Shown: piece after piece, positions 1 to 9,947 of the stretch | Position numbering within the stretch: position 1 is the first letter of the stretch | Layout: every line of letters begins with the position of its first letter | Assembly: GCA_018897295.1 (NCBI GenBank) | Contig: JAHILA010000014.1 | Span: 67,891-131,890, forward strand | Origin: Patescibacteria group bacterium | Lineage (GTDB): Bacteria; Patescibacteriota; Minisyncoccia; RBG-13-40-8-A | DNA length: 64,000 bases | Direction of reading: 5' to 3' | Position numbers and translations under genes: made by a program | Notes under the pieces: generated by a model | The model's database searches: none | The model's input: only the letters and a program-made list of their open reading frames with translations | What the model was told of the DNA's origin: nothing

Positions 1-78
1 CGCTCCTTTTCGGAGAAGTAAAAAGGGCGGCCAATCCTTTCTACAGATAAGTTAATGATAGCAAATTTACGTGGAATA

Positions 79-111
79 GGCAAGAAATATAAAAAGTGCC
101 ATGGGAAATAA
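79..111 (+). other. Isolated 3' half of a SEC-C (SecA C-terminal zinc-binding) motif, GKKYKKCHGK-stop
   Basis: Translation of 79-111. The expected preceding CPCGS is absent, and there is an in-frame stop at 19-21. secD/secF lie nearby. Confidence 0.5.
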
Positions 112-114
112 AAT

Positions 115-140
115 AACGGCCCTGCAGCTGCGGGGCCGTT
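115..140. terminator. GC-rich hairpin between convergent units
   Basis: AACGGCCCTGCAG/CTGCGGGGCCGTT inverted repeat. Confidence 0.6.
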
Positions 141-158
141 TAAAGAACATTGAGATTT

Positions 159-542
159 TTAGCCGGTCTTTTGGTGTTTTTTCACCCAGATTTTTCTGGC
201 GTACAAGATTCCAGCTATGGTCAGGACAATGGAAGGGATGAGGCCAATGGTTTTAAATAATCCCCCAACGAACATGAAATGTCCCAGCCAGAGCAAAACA
301 ACGAACGCGATAAGTGTTGGCCAAAAAAATGTAAACACAAGCATTGTTTTACTGATTGTAACTCCTATTATCGGGGAGTAAAGAATCTTTTCTGGTCCCT
401 GGAAAAACGATTGCACAATGCTGGTGGAACTTGTTGAATGGTCGGAGAGATATTGCTCGGTCCCGAGCCAGTACCCGATATTGGCGTAGATTGCCACCAG
501 AAATAAAACCAAAAGAACTTTTCCGATTTTTTTAATGTTCAT
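159..542 (-). CDS. Hypothetical membrane protein (3 hydrophobic segments)
   Basis: 127-aa ORF with AGGAGG at 551-556 and a TTGACA...TATAAT promoter upstream on the minus strand. Confidence 0.75.
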   Translation of the reverse strand: MNIKKIGKVLLVLFLVAIYANIGYWLGTEQYLSDHSTSSTSIVQSFFQGPEKILYSPIIGVTISKTMLVFTFFWPTLIAFVVLLWLGHFMFVGGLFKTIGLIPSIVLTIAGILYARKIWVKKHQKTG

Positions 543-651
543 TTTTAGCGCCTCCTAAACGCTGTTATCATTATATCATAACCGCAGATTTTGTCAACAG
601 TAGGCGCAAAATTCTTTACAAATTATTTTTTTTACTTTACAATAAAATTTT

Positions 652-2001
652 ATGGCTTTTATAGAAAGACAACAAACAGTTGAAAAAGGAAATTTCGTCA
701 GCAAGCAAAAAAGTAAAATCCGGCTGATTGTGCTGGGGATTTTTATTTTATTTATTTTGGCCGGCTCTTTGGATTATCCAGTAATCTGGGATAAAACTGC
801 TAATTGGATAAGTTCACACATCGGAATTAATGTTCCTAAGTTTTATAAGTTGCCATTCAGATTGGGGTTGGATTTACAAGGCGGGACGCATTTAGTTTAT
901 GAAGCAAATCTTATTGGAATAGAAGAAATAGACAGGGATTCATCTATGGACGGAATTAGGGATTTAATTGAAAGAAGGGTAAATCTATTCGGCGTTGCCG
1001 AGCCATTGGTTCAGATTAATAAAGTAGGGGACTCCAATCGTCTGATTGTAGAACTGCCCGGAGTTAGGGATGTTGCTGAGGCAATTGAAATGATTGGTGG
1101 AACTCCGTATTTGGAATTTAAAGAAGAAAACATAGATGGAACAGATTTTATAAACACTTCTTTGACCGGCAGATTTTTGAAAAGCGCGCAATTAGAATTT
1201 GACCAGACCACTTATCAGCCATATGTCACTTTGGAGTTTAATGACGAAGGTGCGAAAATTTTTGCTGATTTGACCAAGAAAAACATAGGAAAGAGATTGG
1301 CTATTTATCTAGACGGAGCGCCAATCAGTATTCCGGTTGTGAATGAAGAAATTCCGAGTGGCAAGGCCCAGATTAGCGGACAATTTACCCAGAAAGAAGC
1401 TAAGCAGTTGGCTGAGAGATTAAATACCGGGGCTTTGCCAGTGCCGATTAATTTAATCGGTCAGCAGAGCATCGGAGCTTCTTTAGGACACGACTCCTTA
1501 ACTAAGAGTTTGAAAGCGGGAATAATCGGATTTTTGGCAATACTTTTATTTATGATTATTTCTTATCGCTTAAGCGGATTTTTCGCTTCCATTTCTCTAA
1601 TAATTTATATTGTATTGCTTTTGGCTGTTTTTAAATTAGTGCCAGTGACTATTACTTTAGCTGGCATTGCCGGTTTTTTGCTTTCAATGGGCATGGCCGT
1701 TGATGCCAATATTTTGATATTTTCCAGAACCAAGGAAGAATTAAAGAGTGGAAGGAATTATCTTGATGCTTTAACCAATGGCGTTAAGAGAGCATGGCCG
1801 TCAATTAGGGACGGAAATTTCACCACTATCTTGGTTGGTTTGATTTTATTTATTTTCGGCACTAGTTTTGTTAAAGGATTCGCCCTTACTCTGGTTGTCG
1901 GTAATCTGGTGAACATGTTTTCAGCAATCGTAATCACTAATTATTTGATTAAGTTTTTCTTCGGCACAAATGGAGAGAAAATTAAAAAGCTTTGGCTATA
2001 A
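652..2001 (+). CDS. secD: Protein translocase subunit SecD
   Basis: LGLDLQGG, RRVNLFGVAEP and GMAVDANILIF motifs. Confidence 0.97.
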   Translation: MAFIERQQTVEKGNFVSKQKSKIRLIVLGIFILFILAGSLDYPVIWDKTANWISSHIGINVPKFYKLPFRLGLDLQGGTHLVYEANLIGIEEIDRDSSMDGIRDLIERRVNLFGVAEPLVQINKVGDSNRLIVELPGVRDVAEAIEMIGGTPYLEFKEENIDGTDFINTSLTGRFLKSAQLEFDQTTYQPYVTLEFNDEGAKIFADLTKKNIGKRLAIYLDGAPISIPVVNEEIPSGKAQISGQFTQKEAKQLAERLNTGALPVPINLIGQQSIGASLGHDSLTKSLKAGIIGFLAILLFMIISYRLSGFFASISLIIYIVLLLAVFKLVPVTITLAGIAGFLLSMGMAVDANILIFSRTKEELKSGRNYLDALTNGVKRAWPSIRDGNFTTILVGLILFIFGTSFVKGFALTLVVGNLVNMFSAIVITNYLIKFFFGTNGEKIKKLWL

Positions 2002-2003
2002 AT

Positions 2004-2894
2004 ATGAATTTTCCTTTTGTAAAATATTATAAAATACATTACTTCTTGATTAGTATTCTCATTATTGCCAGCATAGTTTGCCTGCTTGTTTTTGGATTGA
2101 ATCTCGGAATTGATTTCCTGGGCGGAACAATTTGGGAATTTGAGCTTGAAAATAGGCCAGATAATGCCGTTATCCAGGAAAAACTGAATAAATTCGATTT
2201 AGGCGAAATTGTTATTCAGCCAACAGGAGAAAAGGGTACAATTTTGAGATTTAAAAACATTGATGAAAATATCCATCAGCAAATGCTGTCCAGTTTAAAC
2301 GAAATTTCAAAAGTTGAGGAGAGGAGATTTGAGAGTATTGGCCCGACAATAGGCAGAGAATTACGCAATAAAACAATTGCCTTGATAATTATTTCCATGA
2401 TTTCATTGCTTATTTATATTGCTGTCGCGTTCAGAAAGCTTTCTTGGCCAATCAGCGGCTGGAAATACGGACTGGTTTCTATTATTACTCTGGCAATCGA
2501 TGTTATCATTCCGGTTTTTGTTTTGATTTTGCTCGGTAAATTCAATAATGTTCAGTTTAATATACCAATTGTAGCTGCTTTGCTTACTATTTTAGGTTAT
2601 ACCATTAATGACAAGGTAATTATTTTTGACAGGGTAAGGGAAAACATCTTAAGAACAAGGTCAGAAGATTTTGCTGGGACAATAAATCAAAGCTTGAACC
2701 AGGTAATCAGCCGTTCGCTTAGTACTGGTTTTTGCACGCTTTTGATTCTTTTTTCTATATTCTTTTTAGGAGGCGAAACTTTGAAATATTTTTCCTTAAC
2801 ACTGATAATCGGAATTATTGTAGGGACGTATACTTCGCTTTTTATTGCCAGCGCTTTATTGATAAGTTGGAGTAGAAAAAGAATTGGTTCTTGA
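2004..2894 (+). CDS. secF: Protein translocase subunit SecF
   Basis: LGIDFLGGT, IGPTIG and GYTINDKVIIFDRVRE motifs; ATG at 2004 preferred over TTG at 1992. Confidence 0.96.
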   Translation: MNFPFVKYYKIHYFLISILIIASIVCLLVFGLNLGIDFLGGTIWEFELENRPDNAVIQEKLNKFDLGEIVIQPTGEKGTILRFKNIDENIHQQMLSSLNEISKVEERRFESIGPTIGRELRNKTIALIIISMISLLIYIAVAFRKLSWPISGWKYGLVSIITLAIDVIIPVFVLILLGKFNNVQFNIPIVAALLTILGYTINDKVIIFDRVRENILRTRSEDFAGTINQSLNQVISRSLSTGFCTLLILFSIFFLGGETLKYFSLTLIIGIIVGTYTSLFIASALLISWSRKRIGS

Positions 2895-2939
2895 CAGACA
2901 ATTTTTATTATAGTATATTAATTCTATAAAAATAAACAT

Positions 2940-3980
2940 ATGAACAAGAAATCAACCATTTCTAAAGACATTTCTAAAAAAATAGAGAAAGCGCTTTTGC
3001 ATTTGAGCAATCCGAGAGTCAGGGAGGTTATTGAGCGCCGATTTGGTTTAAGAAATGGCAAAAGCGAAACTCTGGAAGCTATTGGCCAAAACTATGGCAT
3101 AACCAGAGAAAGGGTCAGGCAATTAGAAGAAAATGGGATAAAAATTCTTAAATCAGAAAAAGTTCTGCCGTTTTTTGAGGCAGCTTTCGATTATTTGAAT
3201 GATTTGTTTTTCGCGCATGGCCATATTATGGGAGAGAATTATTTGTATCATACTGCAACTGGAACAACCGAACCCCATGCTTCAAAGGGCTATATTTATT
3301 TGGCCTTGACCTTAGGCGAGCCGTTCCAGAGAATAGCCAGAGATGAAAAATTCCATCCTTACTGGGTTGCCCATAAATCTGCTCATCAGAAAGCCAAAGA
3401 AATTATTGATTTTTTGATTGACCATTTTAAGAAGCACGATAAAGTTTTTCATGAATCAGAAGTTTTTGATTTGCTTTCCAGAAAGCATTCCAATATTCCT
3501 TCAAAAATGTTTTCCGTTGTTTTGGAAATCTCTAGAGAAATTAATAAGAATATTTTCGAAGAAATCGGCTTAAGTTATTGGCCGGAGATTTCTCCGCAGG
3601 GAGTAAAAGACCGTGCCTATTTAACCCTTAAAAAAGAAGGCGAACCTCGCCATTTTACTGCTATCACTGAGTTGATAAATAAAATATTCGTAGATAAGCC
3701 GGCTTATACCCAGACTGTTCATAATGAATTAATAAAAGACCCAAGATTTATTTTAGTGGGAAGAGGAACCTATGCCCTTACTGATTGGGGCTATGAATCA
3801 GGAACAGTGGAGGAAGTGATCCAGAAAACTTTGGCTGAAAACAAAAAACCGTTAACCAGGAAAGAAATTATTGATTCTGTTCTGACAAAACGGCAGGTTA
3901 GACCAAATACAATCATTTTGAACCTTCACCGGTCTCCAAAAGTGAAGAGATTGGAGGATGGAAAGTATATTTTAGCTTAA
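2940..3980 (+). CDS. Sigma70 region-4-like HTH protein with C-terminal HARE-HTH/RpoE(delta)-like winged helices
   Basis: TLEAIGQNYGITRERVRQLE (sigma region 4); TVHNELIKDPRFILVGRGTYAL; no sigma region 2. Confidence 0.8.
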   Translation: MNKKSTISKDISKKIEKALLHLSNPRVREVIERRFGLRNGKSETLEAIGQNYGITRERVRQLEENGIKILKSEKVLPFFEAAFDYLNDLFFAHGHIMGENYLYHTATGTTEPHASKGYIYLALTLGEPFQRIARDEKFHPYWVAHKSAHQKAKEIIDFLIDHFKKHDKVFHESEVFDLLSRKHSNIPSKMFSVVLEISREINKNIFEEIGLSYWPEISPQGVKDRAYLTLKKEGEPRHFTAITELINKIFVDKPAYTQTVHNELIKDPRFILVGRGTYALTDWGYESGTVEEVIQKTLAENKKPLTRKEIIDSVLTKRQVRPNTIILNLHRSPKVKRLEDGKYILA

Positions 3981-4012
3981 AATGGTCTTAAAACAAGCAA
4001 TTTAACTATTTC

Positions 4013-5299
4013 ATGACTGAAATCCTTAATATTTATAGGGATATATTTGTGAGTTATTGGTGGATTATCGCACCAATAGCTCTTTTTTTATTTTTAAGGC
4101 ATTTCTGGGTGAATTATCTTATTGTTAAATATGTACGGGGTTTGGAATGGATTGTTTTGGAAGTAAAATTTCCACGCGACGTGATTAAGACGCCAAAGGC
4201 AATGGAACAATTTTTTGCCGGTATCCATGCTTCCGAAAAGGCAAGAAAGTTCAAGGAGAAATATATAAAAGGCGACCTTCCTCCATGGTTTAGTATTGAG
4301 ATGCTTGGGCATGGCGGGGAAATTCATTTTTATATCAGGACCGAAGTGAAATACAGGAATCTTGTTGAATCTCATCTCTATGCCCAATATCCCCAAGCAG
4401 AAATAATAGATGCAGAGGATTATGTAGATAGTATCCCGCCTGGCACTCCGACCGCGGATTTTGATGCCTGGGGCACAGAATTAATTTTAGCCAAGGAGGA
4501 TGCTTATCCTATTAGGACTTATCCGGTGTTTTTTGAGGAAAAAGAAGCAGAAGAAAGAACTGACCCCATTGCCGGACTTTTTGAATTTTTAAGCAGTTTG
4601 AATCCGAAAGAAAGTATTGCCATTCATATCTTAATCAGCCCAATCAGCCCAGTTACTGACAAACAATGGATAAAAGACGGGGAAAATCTAGTTGGAAAAA
4701 TAATTGGCAGAGAAGTAAAAGAAAGCAAGAAAGGATTAATGATAGTAGAAGAAGCTAGAAGCTGGCTTGAAGCGTTAGGTCAGGGTATTGTAAGATTTTT
4801 CGGTTTGGGTGGCGAGGAAAGCGCTGTTGGCAAAGAAAAGAAAGTCGAAAAAGTTATGCCGTTTTTAACCCCAGGCCAGAAAGAAGTTGTTTTGGCAGTT
4901 GAAAGGAATATTGGGAAAATAGGATTTAAGACAATGATAAGATTTATGTATTGGGCGCCTAAAGATCTTTTTTCCAAAGACAAGCCAACAGTAGTAGCTG
5001 GATTTTTCAGACAATTTAATACCCAAAATCTAAATGGTTTTAAAATTAATAAAAAATCCACTCCTGGCAGGGGGAAAATCTTCAAAAGAAAAAGAGAGCC
5101 GGGACAGAGAAGATTTTTTGTGGGTATTTTCAAGAAAAGATTTTTTCCGTTTCATAAACTTAAGACCAGAGGATTTGTTTTTAATATTGAGGAACTGGCA
5201 ACAATTTTTCATCTTCCTGGAAAGTTTGTTGAAGCTGAAAGATTGTCTAAGATTGAAGCTAAAAAAGGCGGACCGCCTAGCGAGCTTCCAACAATATGA
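4013..5299 (+). CDS. Membrane-anchored conserved protein, partner of the downstream ATPase
   Basis: N-terminal TM segment; resembles the N-terminal half of 12137-14593 (YPIRTY/LPIKTY, EELATIFHLP/EEVASIFHFP); ATGA overlap with the next gene. Confidence 0.8.
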   Translation: MTEILNIYRDIFVSYWWIIAPIALFLFLRHFWVNYLIVKYVRGLEWIVLEVKFPRDVIKTPKAMEQFFAGIHASEKARKFKEKYIKGDLPPWFSIEMLGHGGEIHFYIRTEVKYRNLVESHLYAQYPQAEIIDAEDYVDSIPPGTPTADFDAWGTELILAKEDAYPIRTYPVFFEEKEAEERTDPIAGLFEFLSSLNPKESIAIHILISPISPVTDKQWIKDGENLVGKIIGREVKESKKGLMIVEEARSWLEALGQGIVRFFGLGGEESAVGKEKKVEKVMPFLTPGQKEVVLAVERNIGKIGFKTMIRFMYWAPKDLFSKDKPTVVAGFFRQFNTQNLNGFKINKKSTPGRGKIFKRKREPGQRRFFVGIFKKRFFPFHKLKTRGFVFNIEELATIFHLPGKFVEAERLSKIEAKKGGPPSELPTI

Positions 5300-6834
5300 A
5301 CGAAAATGAGATAACAATTTTAGGCGAGACCAATTTTCGCAACAAGCGGACCAAATTTGGAATAAAGATGGAAGACAGACGCCAGCACGTATATGTAGTT
5401 GGAAAAACTGGCACAGGCAAATCAGAACTTCTGAAAAATATGGCAATTCAAGATATCCAAAATGGGCATGGCGTGGCAATTGTTGATCCGCATGGAGATT
5501 TTGCTGAAACAATGCTTGATTTTGTTCCGTCTAACAGGGTAAATGACGTAATTTATTTCAATCCAGCTGATTTAGAATATCCTATTACTTTTAATATTAT
5601 GGAGAATGTTGAGCCAGAATATCGCCATTTGGTTGTTTCTGGTTTAATGGGGGTATTTAAGAAAATCTGGCCTGATGTTTGGAGCGCAAGGATGGAATAT
5701 ATTTTAAGAAATGCGATTTTATCATTACTGGAATATCCCGGCTCAACTCTTTTGGGTGTTAATCGTCTTTTAGCTGACAAGGATTATCGCCAGAAAGTGC
5801 TTGGAAAAGTTACTGATCCCAGCGTAAAAGCGTTTTGGACAAATGAATTTGCCAAGTATCCTGACCGATTCAGGGAAGAAGCAGTAGCGCCGATTCAAAA
5901 CAAAATAGGACAGTTTATTTCTACCCCCTTAATTAGAAATATTATTGGACAGGTTAAATCGTCAATTGACATGCGCGAAATAATGGACCAAGGGAAAATT
6001 TTAATTGTTAATCTTTCAAAAGGAAGAGTAGGTGAGGATGTCAGTCAATTATTGGGAGCCCTGGTAATAACTAAGTTGCAGCTTGCAGCTATGAGCAGGG
6101 TAGATATATCTGAATACGAAAGAAAGGATTTTTATCTTTATGTTGATGAGTTTCAGACATTTGCCACAGATGCTTTTGCAACCATTCTTTCTGAAGCGAG
6201 AAAATACCATCTCTGTCTGACTTTGGCCCATCAATATGTTGCCCAATTGGACTCCATGGGAGACAAAGGCAAGAATACTAAAGTAAGAGATGCGATTTTC
6301 GGTAATGTCGGAACCCTGATTACTTTTCGTGTTGGCGCAGATGATGCCGAGTTTTTGGAAAGGGAATTTCTGCCAGTGTTTATTGCCGATGATTTAGTTA
6401 ATCTGACCAAATATACTATTTATTTAAAACTAATGATTGACGGCGTTGCTTCTCGGGCTTTCAGCGCTCAGACCATACCTCCGTTTCTAATTCCTGAAAA
6501 ATCTTTTGAGGATAAAATTATCAAGCTCTCCCGCGAAAGATATACTATATCGCGAAAAGCAGTAGAGGAGAAAATTTCCAGATGGAGTGAGGCAACTGAA
6601 ACAGAAGAAGAAGCGAAAAAATTTGAGGCAGTTTGTTCTGATTGTGGTAAAAAGACCAAAGTTGCTTTCAAGCCGGACGGGGTAAGGCCGGTCTATTGTT
6701 CATCCTGTTTACAAAAAGAAAGAGAGAAAAAACCAAATGTTCAGCTAATTAAAAAGCAAAAACCGGAAATTGATCTTGCTGGCGTCCGCGAAGCAATCAA
6801 AAAAGCAGTAGAGTATAAAAAAGAGGAAAAATAA
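5296..6834 (+). CDS. TraG/VirD4/VirB4-like (HerA/FtsK superfamily) ATPase with C-terminal CxxC-x17-CxxC domain
   Basis: Walker A GKTGTGKS, DPHGD, Walker B LYVDEFQ, SEARKY; C-terminal CSDC...CSSC. Confidence 0.88.
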   Translation: MNENEITILGETNFRNKRTKFGIKMEDRRQHVYVVGKTGTGKSELLKNMAIQDIQNGHGVAIVDPHGDFAETMLDFVPSNRVNDVIYFNPADLEYPITFNIMENVEPEYRHLVVSGLMGVFKKIWPDVWSARMEYILRNAILSLLEYPGSTLLGVNRLLADKDYRQKVLGKVTDPSVKAFWTNEFAKYPDRFREEAVAPIQNKIGQFISTPLIRNIIGQVKSSIDMREIMDQGKILIVNLSKGRVGEDVSQLLGALVITKLQLAAMSRVDISEYERKDFYLYVDEFQTFATDAFATILSEARKYHLCLTLAHQYVAQLDSMGDKGKNTKVRDAIFGNVGTLITFRVGADDAEFLEREFLPVFIADDLVNLTKYTIYLKLMIDGVASRAFSAQTIPPFLIPEKSFEDKIIKLSRERYTISRKAVEEKISRWSEATETEEEAKKFEAVCSDCGKKTKVAFKPDGVRPVYCSSCLQKEREKKPNVQLIKKQKPEIDLAGVREAIKKAVEYKKEEK

Positions 6835-6835
6835 T

Positions 6836-8143
6836 ATGGATAATTTGGAAGAAATAAAGAAAATTAGAATACAAAAACTGGAAAATTTGGAAAAAGCTGG
6901 AATTAATGCGTATCCGGCCGAAGTTTTGCGTACGCATACGAACAAGGAGGCGATAGATGAATTTGAAAAACTGGCAAACAAAAAAATAACCCTGGTTGGC
7001 AGGGTGCGTTCAATTAGGGAGCATGGTGGTTCGACTTTTTGCCATATTGAAGATGGTTCTGCACAGATTCAAGTTTATTTTAAAAAAGATGAAGTCAACG
7101 AAAAGCAATATAAGTTATTTTTGGAAAACACGGATATCGGCGATTTCATCCAGGTTTCTGGTAAATTGTTTTTAACAAAGAAAGGTGAGAAAACCTTATT
7201 AGTTTCATGTTGGAAAATTTTAACCAAATCATTATTGCCATTGCCGAGCGAATGGTATGGATTAGAAGATGTTGAAGAAAGATTCAGAAAAAGATATTTG
7301 GATTTGATGATGAATAGGGAAGTTAAAGATAAATTCATAAAGCGCTCGGAGATTATCAGAAAAATCAGGGAGTTTTTGAATGAAAACGGATTTTTGGAAG
7401 TTGAAACTCCCATGCTGCAAACAATGGCTGGTGGAGCAAAGGCCAGGCCGTTCGAAACGCATCTTAATGCCCTGGATATGGATTTGTATTTAAGGATTGC
7501 GCCGGAATTATATTTAAAAAGATTATTAGTCGGCGGATTTGAAAAGGTTTATGAGTTGGGCAGAAATTTCAGAAATGAAGGCATGGACAGGGAGCATAAT
7601 CCGGAATTCACTATGTTGGAATTTTATGCAGCTTATTGGGATTACAATAAAATGATGGATTTTACGGAAAAATTATTGGGTTCATTAGATAAGAAGATTT
7701 TCGGAAAAAGGTTTAAAAAAGTGGAATACAGCAAAGCTGTCGGAAATAAGGATGAAAAAGAGGTTTTTGCAAAAATTAAAGAACCGTGTTTTATCATTAA
7801 TCATCCCATAGAAATTTCGCCTTTGGCGAAAAAACTGGACTTTAAAAAAGCCGCGCGCTTCCAATTAATTGTTAATGGATTGGAAATTGCCAATGGATTT
7901 TCCGAATTAAATGACCCATTTGACCAAACAGAGAGATTTAAAGCGCAGGAAATAGAGAGAAGAGAAGGCAGTTTGGAAGCGCACCAGTATGATAAGGATT
8001 TTATTGAAGCATTGGAATACGGTATGCCGCCAGCCGCAGGAATTGGCATTGGCATAGACCGCTTGGCAGTCTTATTAACTAATTCAAAAACAGTGCGGGA
8101 AATAATTTTATTCCCGACAATGAAGCCGAAAAATGAACAATAA
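6836..8143 (+). CDS. lysS: Lysine--tRNA ligase (class II, compact)
   Basis: YLRIAPELYLKRL, FRNEG, HNPEFTMLE, GIGIDRL. Confidence 0.97.
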   Translation: MDNLEEIKKIRIQKLENLEKAGINAYPAEVLRTHTNKEAIDEFEKLANKKITLVGRVRSIREHGGSTFCHIEDGSAQIQVYFKKDEVNEKQYKLFLENTDIGDFIQVSGKLFLTKKGEKTLLVSCWKILTKSLLPLPSEWYGLEDVEERFRKRYLDLMMNREVKDKFIKRSEIIRKIREFLNENGFLEVETPMLQTMAGGAKARPFETHLNALDMDLYLRIAPELYLKRLLVGGFEKVYELGRNFRNEGMDREHNPEFTMLEFYAAYWDYNKMMDFTEKLLGSLDKKIFGKRFKKVEYSKAVGNKDEKEVFAKIKEPCFIINHPIEISPLAKKLDFKKAARFQLIVNGLEIANGFSELNDPFDQTERFKAQEIERREGSLEAHQYDKDFIEALEYGMPPAAGIGIGIDRLAVLLTNSKTVREIILFPTMKPKNEQ

Positions 8144-8151
8144 ATAAAATT

Positions 8152-9381
8152 ATGATTGATGTTAAATTATTACGAGAAAATCCGGAAAAAGTGAGAAAGG
8201 CCTGCGTAAACAAAGGCGCTAAAATTGATATTGATAAAGTTCTGGAATTAGACAAAAAGAAAAGGGAATTAATTCAGGAAATTGAAAAACTGACAGCTGA
8301 GCAGAGAAAAATGGGTAAAGATCAAATAGGAGAGGCGAAAGAACTAAAAAATAAAATCAAGGAGCTGGAACCAGAATTGAAAAAAGTAGAGCTAAATTTC
8401 AATATATTATTTTCACAAATCCCGAATCTGTCATTAGATGATGTGCCAATTGGAAAAGATGAATCGGAAAATAAAATTATTGGAGAAGTAGGTAAAAAGC
8501 CAAAATTTGGTTTTCAACCTAAAGATTATTTAGAAATCGCAGAGAAATTGGATATTATTGATGTAAAACGAGCAGCCAAAGTTTCGGGTTCGCGCTTTGG
8601 TTATCTGAAGGGCGGGGCAGCACTCTTGGAATTCGGATTAGTTGGTTTGGCCTTAAAAGTTCTTAAAAGGGAAGGATTTATTCCAGTTATCCCGCCAGTA
8701 ATGATAAAGCCGGAAATGGCCAAAGGTATGGGTTATATAGAGCAAACGAATAGTGAGGAAGCATATTATATCAATAGCGACAATCTATATCTTGTAGGCA
8801 CATCAGAACAATCATTGGGCGCAATGCACGCGGACGAAGTTTTTAATGAAAATGAATTGCCAAAAAGATATGTTGGTTTTTCAACCTGTTTTAGAAGAGA
8901 AGCAGGTTCTTATGGCAAGGATACAAAAGGGATTTTAAGAGTTCATCAATTTGATAAGGTTGAAATGTTTAGTTTTTGCAAGTCAGAGGATTCAATAAAA
9001 GAACACAAATTTCTGTTGTCTTTGGAGGAAAAACTGATGAACCTTTTAAAAATACCTTACCGTGTTGTGCAAATGTGCACAGGAGATTTAGGCCATCCAG
9101 CTGTAGCTAAATATGACATCGAGGCATGGATGCCTGGCCAGAATAAATACAGAGAAACGCATTCCACCTCAAATTGCACTGATTTTCAGGCGCGAAGATT
9201 AAACATTAAATATAAAACAAAAAACGGATTGGAATTTGCTCACACCTTAAATGGCACGGCTTTTGCAATCGGTAGAACATTAATTGCGATTATTGAAAAT
9301 TATCAGCAAAAAGACGGAAGCATTAAAATCCCAAAAGCTTTAAGAAAATATACCGGAATAAAATGTATCACTACAAAATAA
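8152..9381 (+). CDS. serS: Serine--tRNA ligase
   Basis: GTSEQ, FRREAGSYGKDTKG, SNCTDFQARRL, HTLNGT. Confidence 0.97.
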   Translation: MIDVKLLRENPEKVRKACVNKGAKIDIDKVLELDKKKRELIQEIEKLTAEQRKMGKDQIGEAKELKNKIKELEPELKKVELNFNILFSQIPNLSLDDVPIGKDESENKIIGEVGKKPKFGFQPKDYLEIAEKLDIIDVKRAAKVSGSRFGYLKGGAALLEFGLVGLALKVLKREGFIPVIPPVMIKPEMAKGMGYIEQTNSEEAYYINSDNLYLVGTSEQSLGAMHADEVFNENELPKRYVGFSTCFRREAGSYGKDTKGILRVHQFDKVEMFSFCKSEDSIKEHKFLLSLEEKLMNLLKIPYRVVQMCTGDLGHPAVAKYDIEAWMPGQNKYRETHSTSNCTDFQARRLNIKYKTKNGLEFAHTLNGTAFAIGRTLIAIIENYQQKDGSIKIPKALRKYTGIKCITTK

Positions 9382-9947
9382 GAAAGAAAAAAAGAACAAA
9401 TAAAAGAGCGATAATCTGGATTATCTCTCTTTTTATATTAGCTGGATTGGCTTATATTTTATTTTTCTCATCTATCGGAGAGAATTTATTTAAAAAGAAG
9501 CCAGAAATAAGAGACGAGCAGGAAATAGGTATTATTTGTAAAGAGAATACTGGTAATTGTTTTTATTTTAACAAAGATGGAATTATTTTTAAGGATGCGT
9601 TGCTCACAAGCGGCAGTTTAATTTTACTGATAAAAGATTATTCCGAGAAGGATTATAGATTATGGGACAAGATTTTAGATAAGAGTTTTCTGGATATTTT
9701 ATTGCATGCGAAAGACGAATTATTCTCTAAGATGAGTTTAAGGGCTGCGAGTTTTGATATAGAATCATTTCCAATAGAAATATTGAGGGTTGTGACCAAT
9801 GAGAGTTGGTATATATTATTTAGCTTAAAAAGAGACATAAAAAGCCAGCTTTTGGCTTTAAAAGTGGCTTTAGATGAGAAAATCGAGAATAGGATGAGTC
9901 TGCAGTATATTGATTTGAGAATTGAAAACAGAATTTACTATAAGTAA
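9363..9947 (+). CDS. FtsQ/DivIB-like single-pass membrane protein
   Basis: Basic N-terminus, one TM segment, C-terminal YIDLRIENRIYYK. Confidence 0.65.
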   Translation: MYHYKIRKKKRTNKRAIIWIISLFILAGLAYILFFSSIGENLFKKKPEIRDEQEIGIICKENTGNCFYFNKDGIIFKDALLTSGSLILLIKDYSEKDYRLWDKILDKSFLDILLHAKDELFSKMSLRAASFDIESFPIEILRVVTNESWYILFSLKRDIKSQLLALKVALDEKIENRMSLQYIDLRIENRIYYK

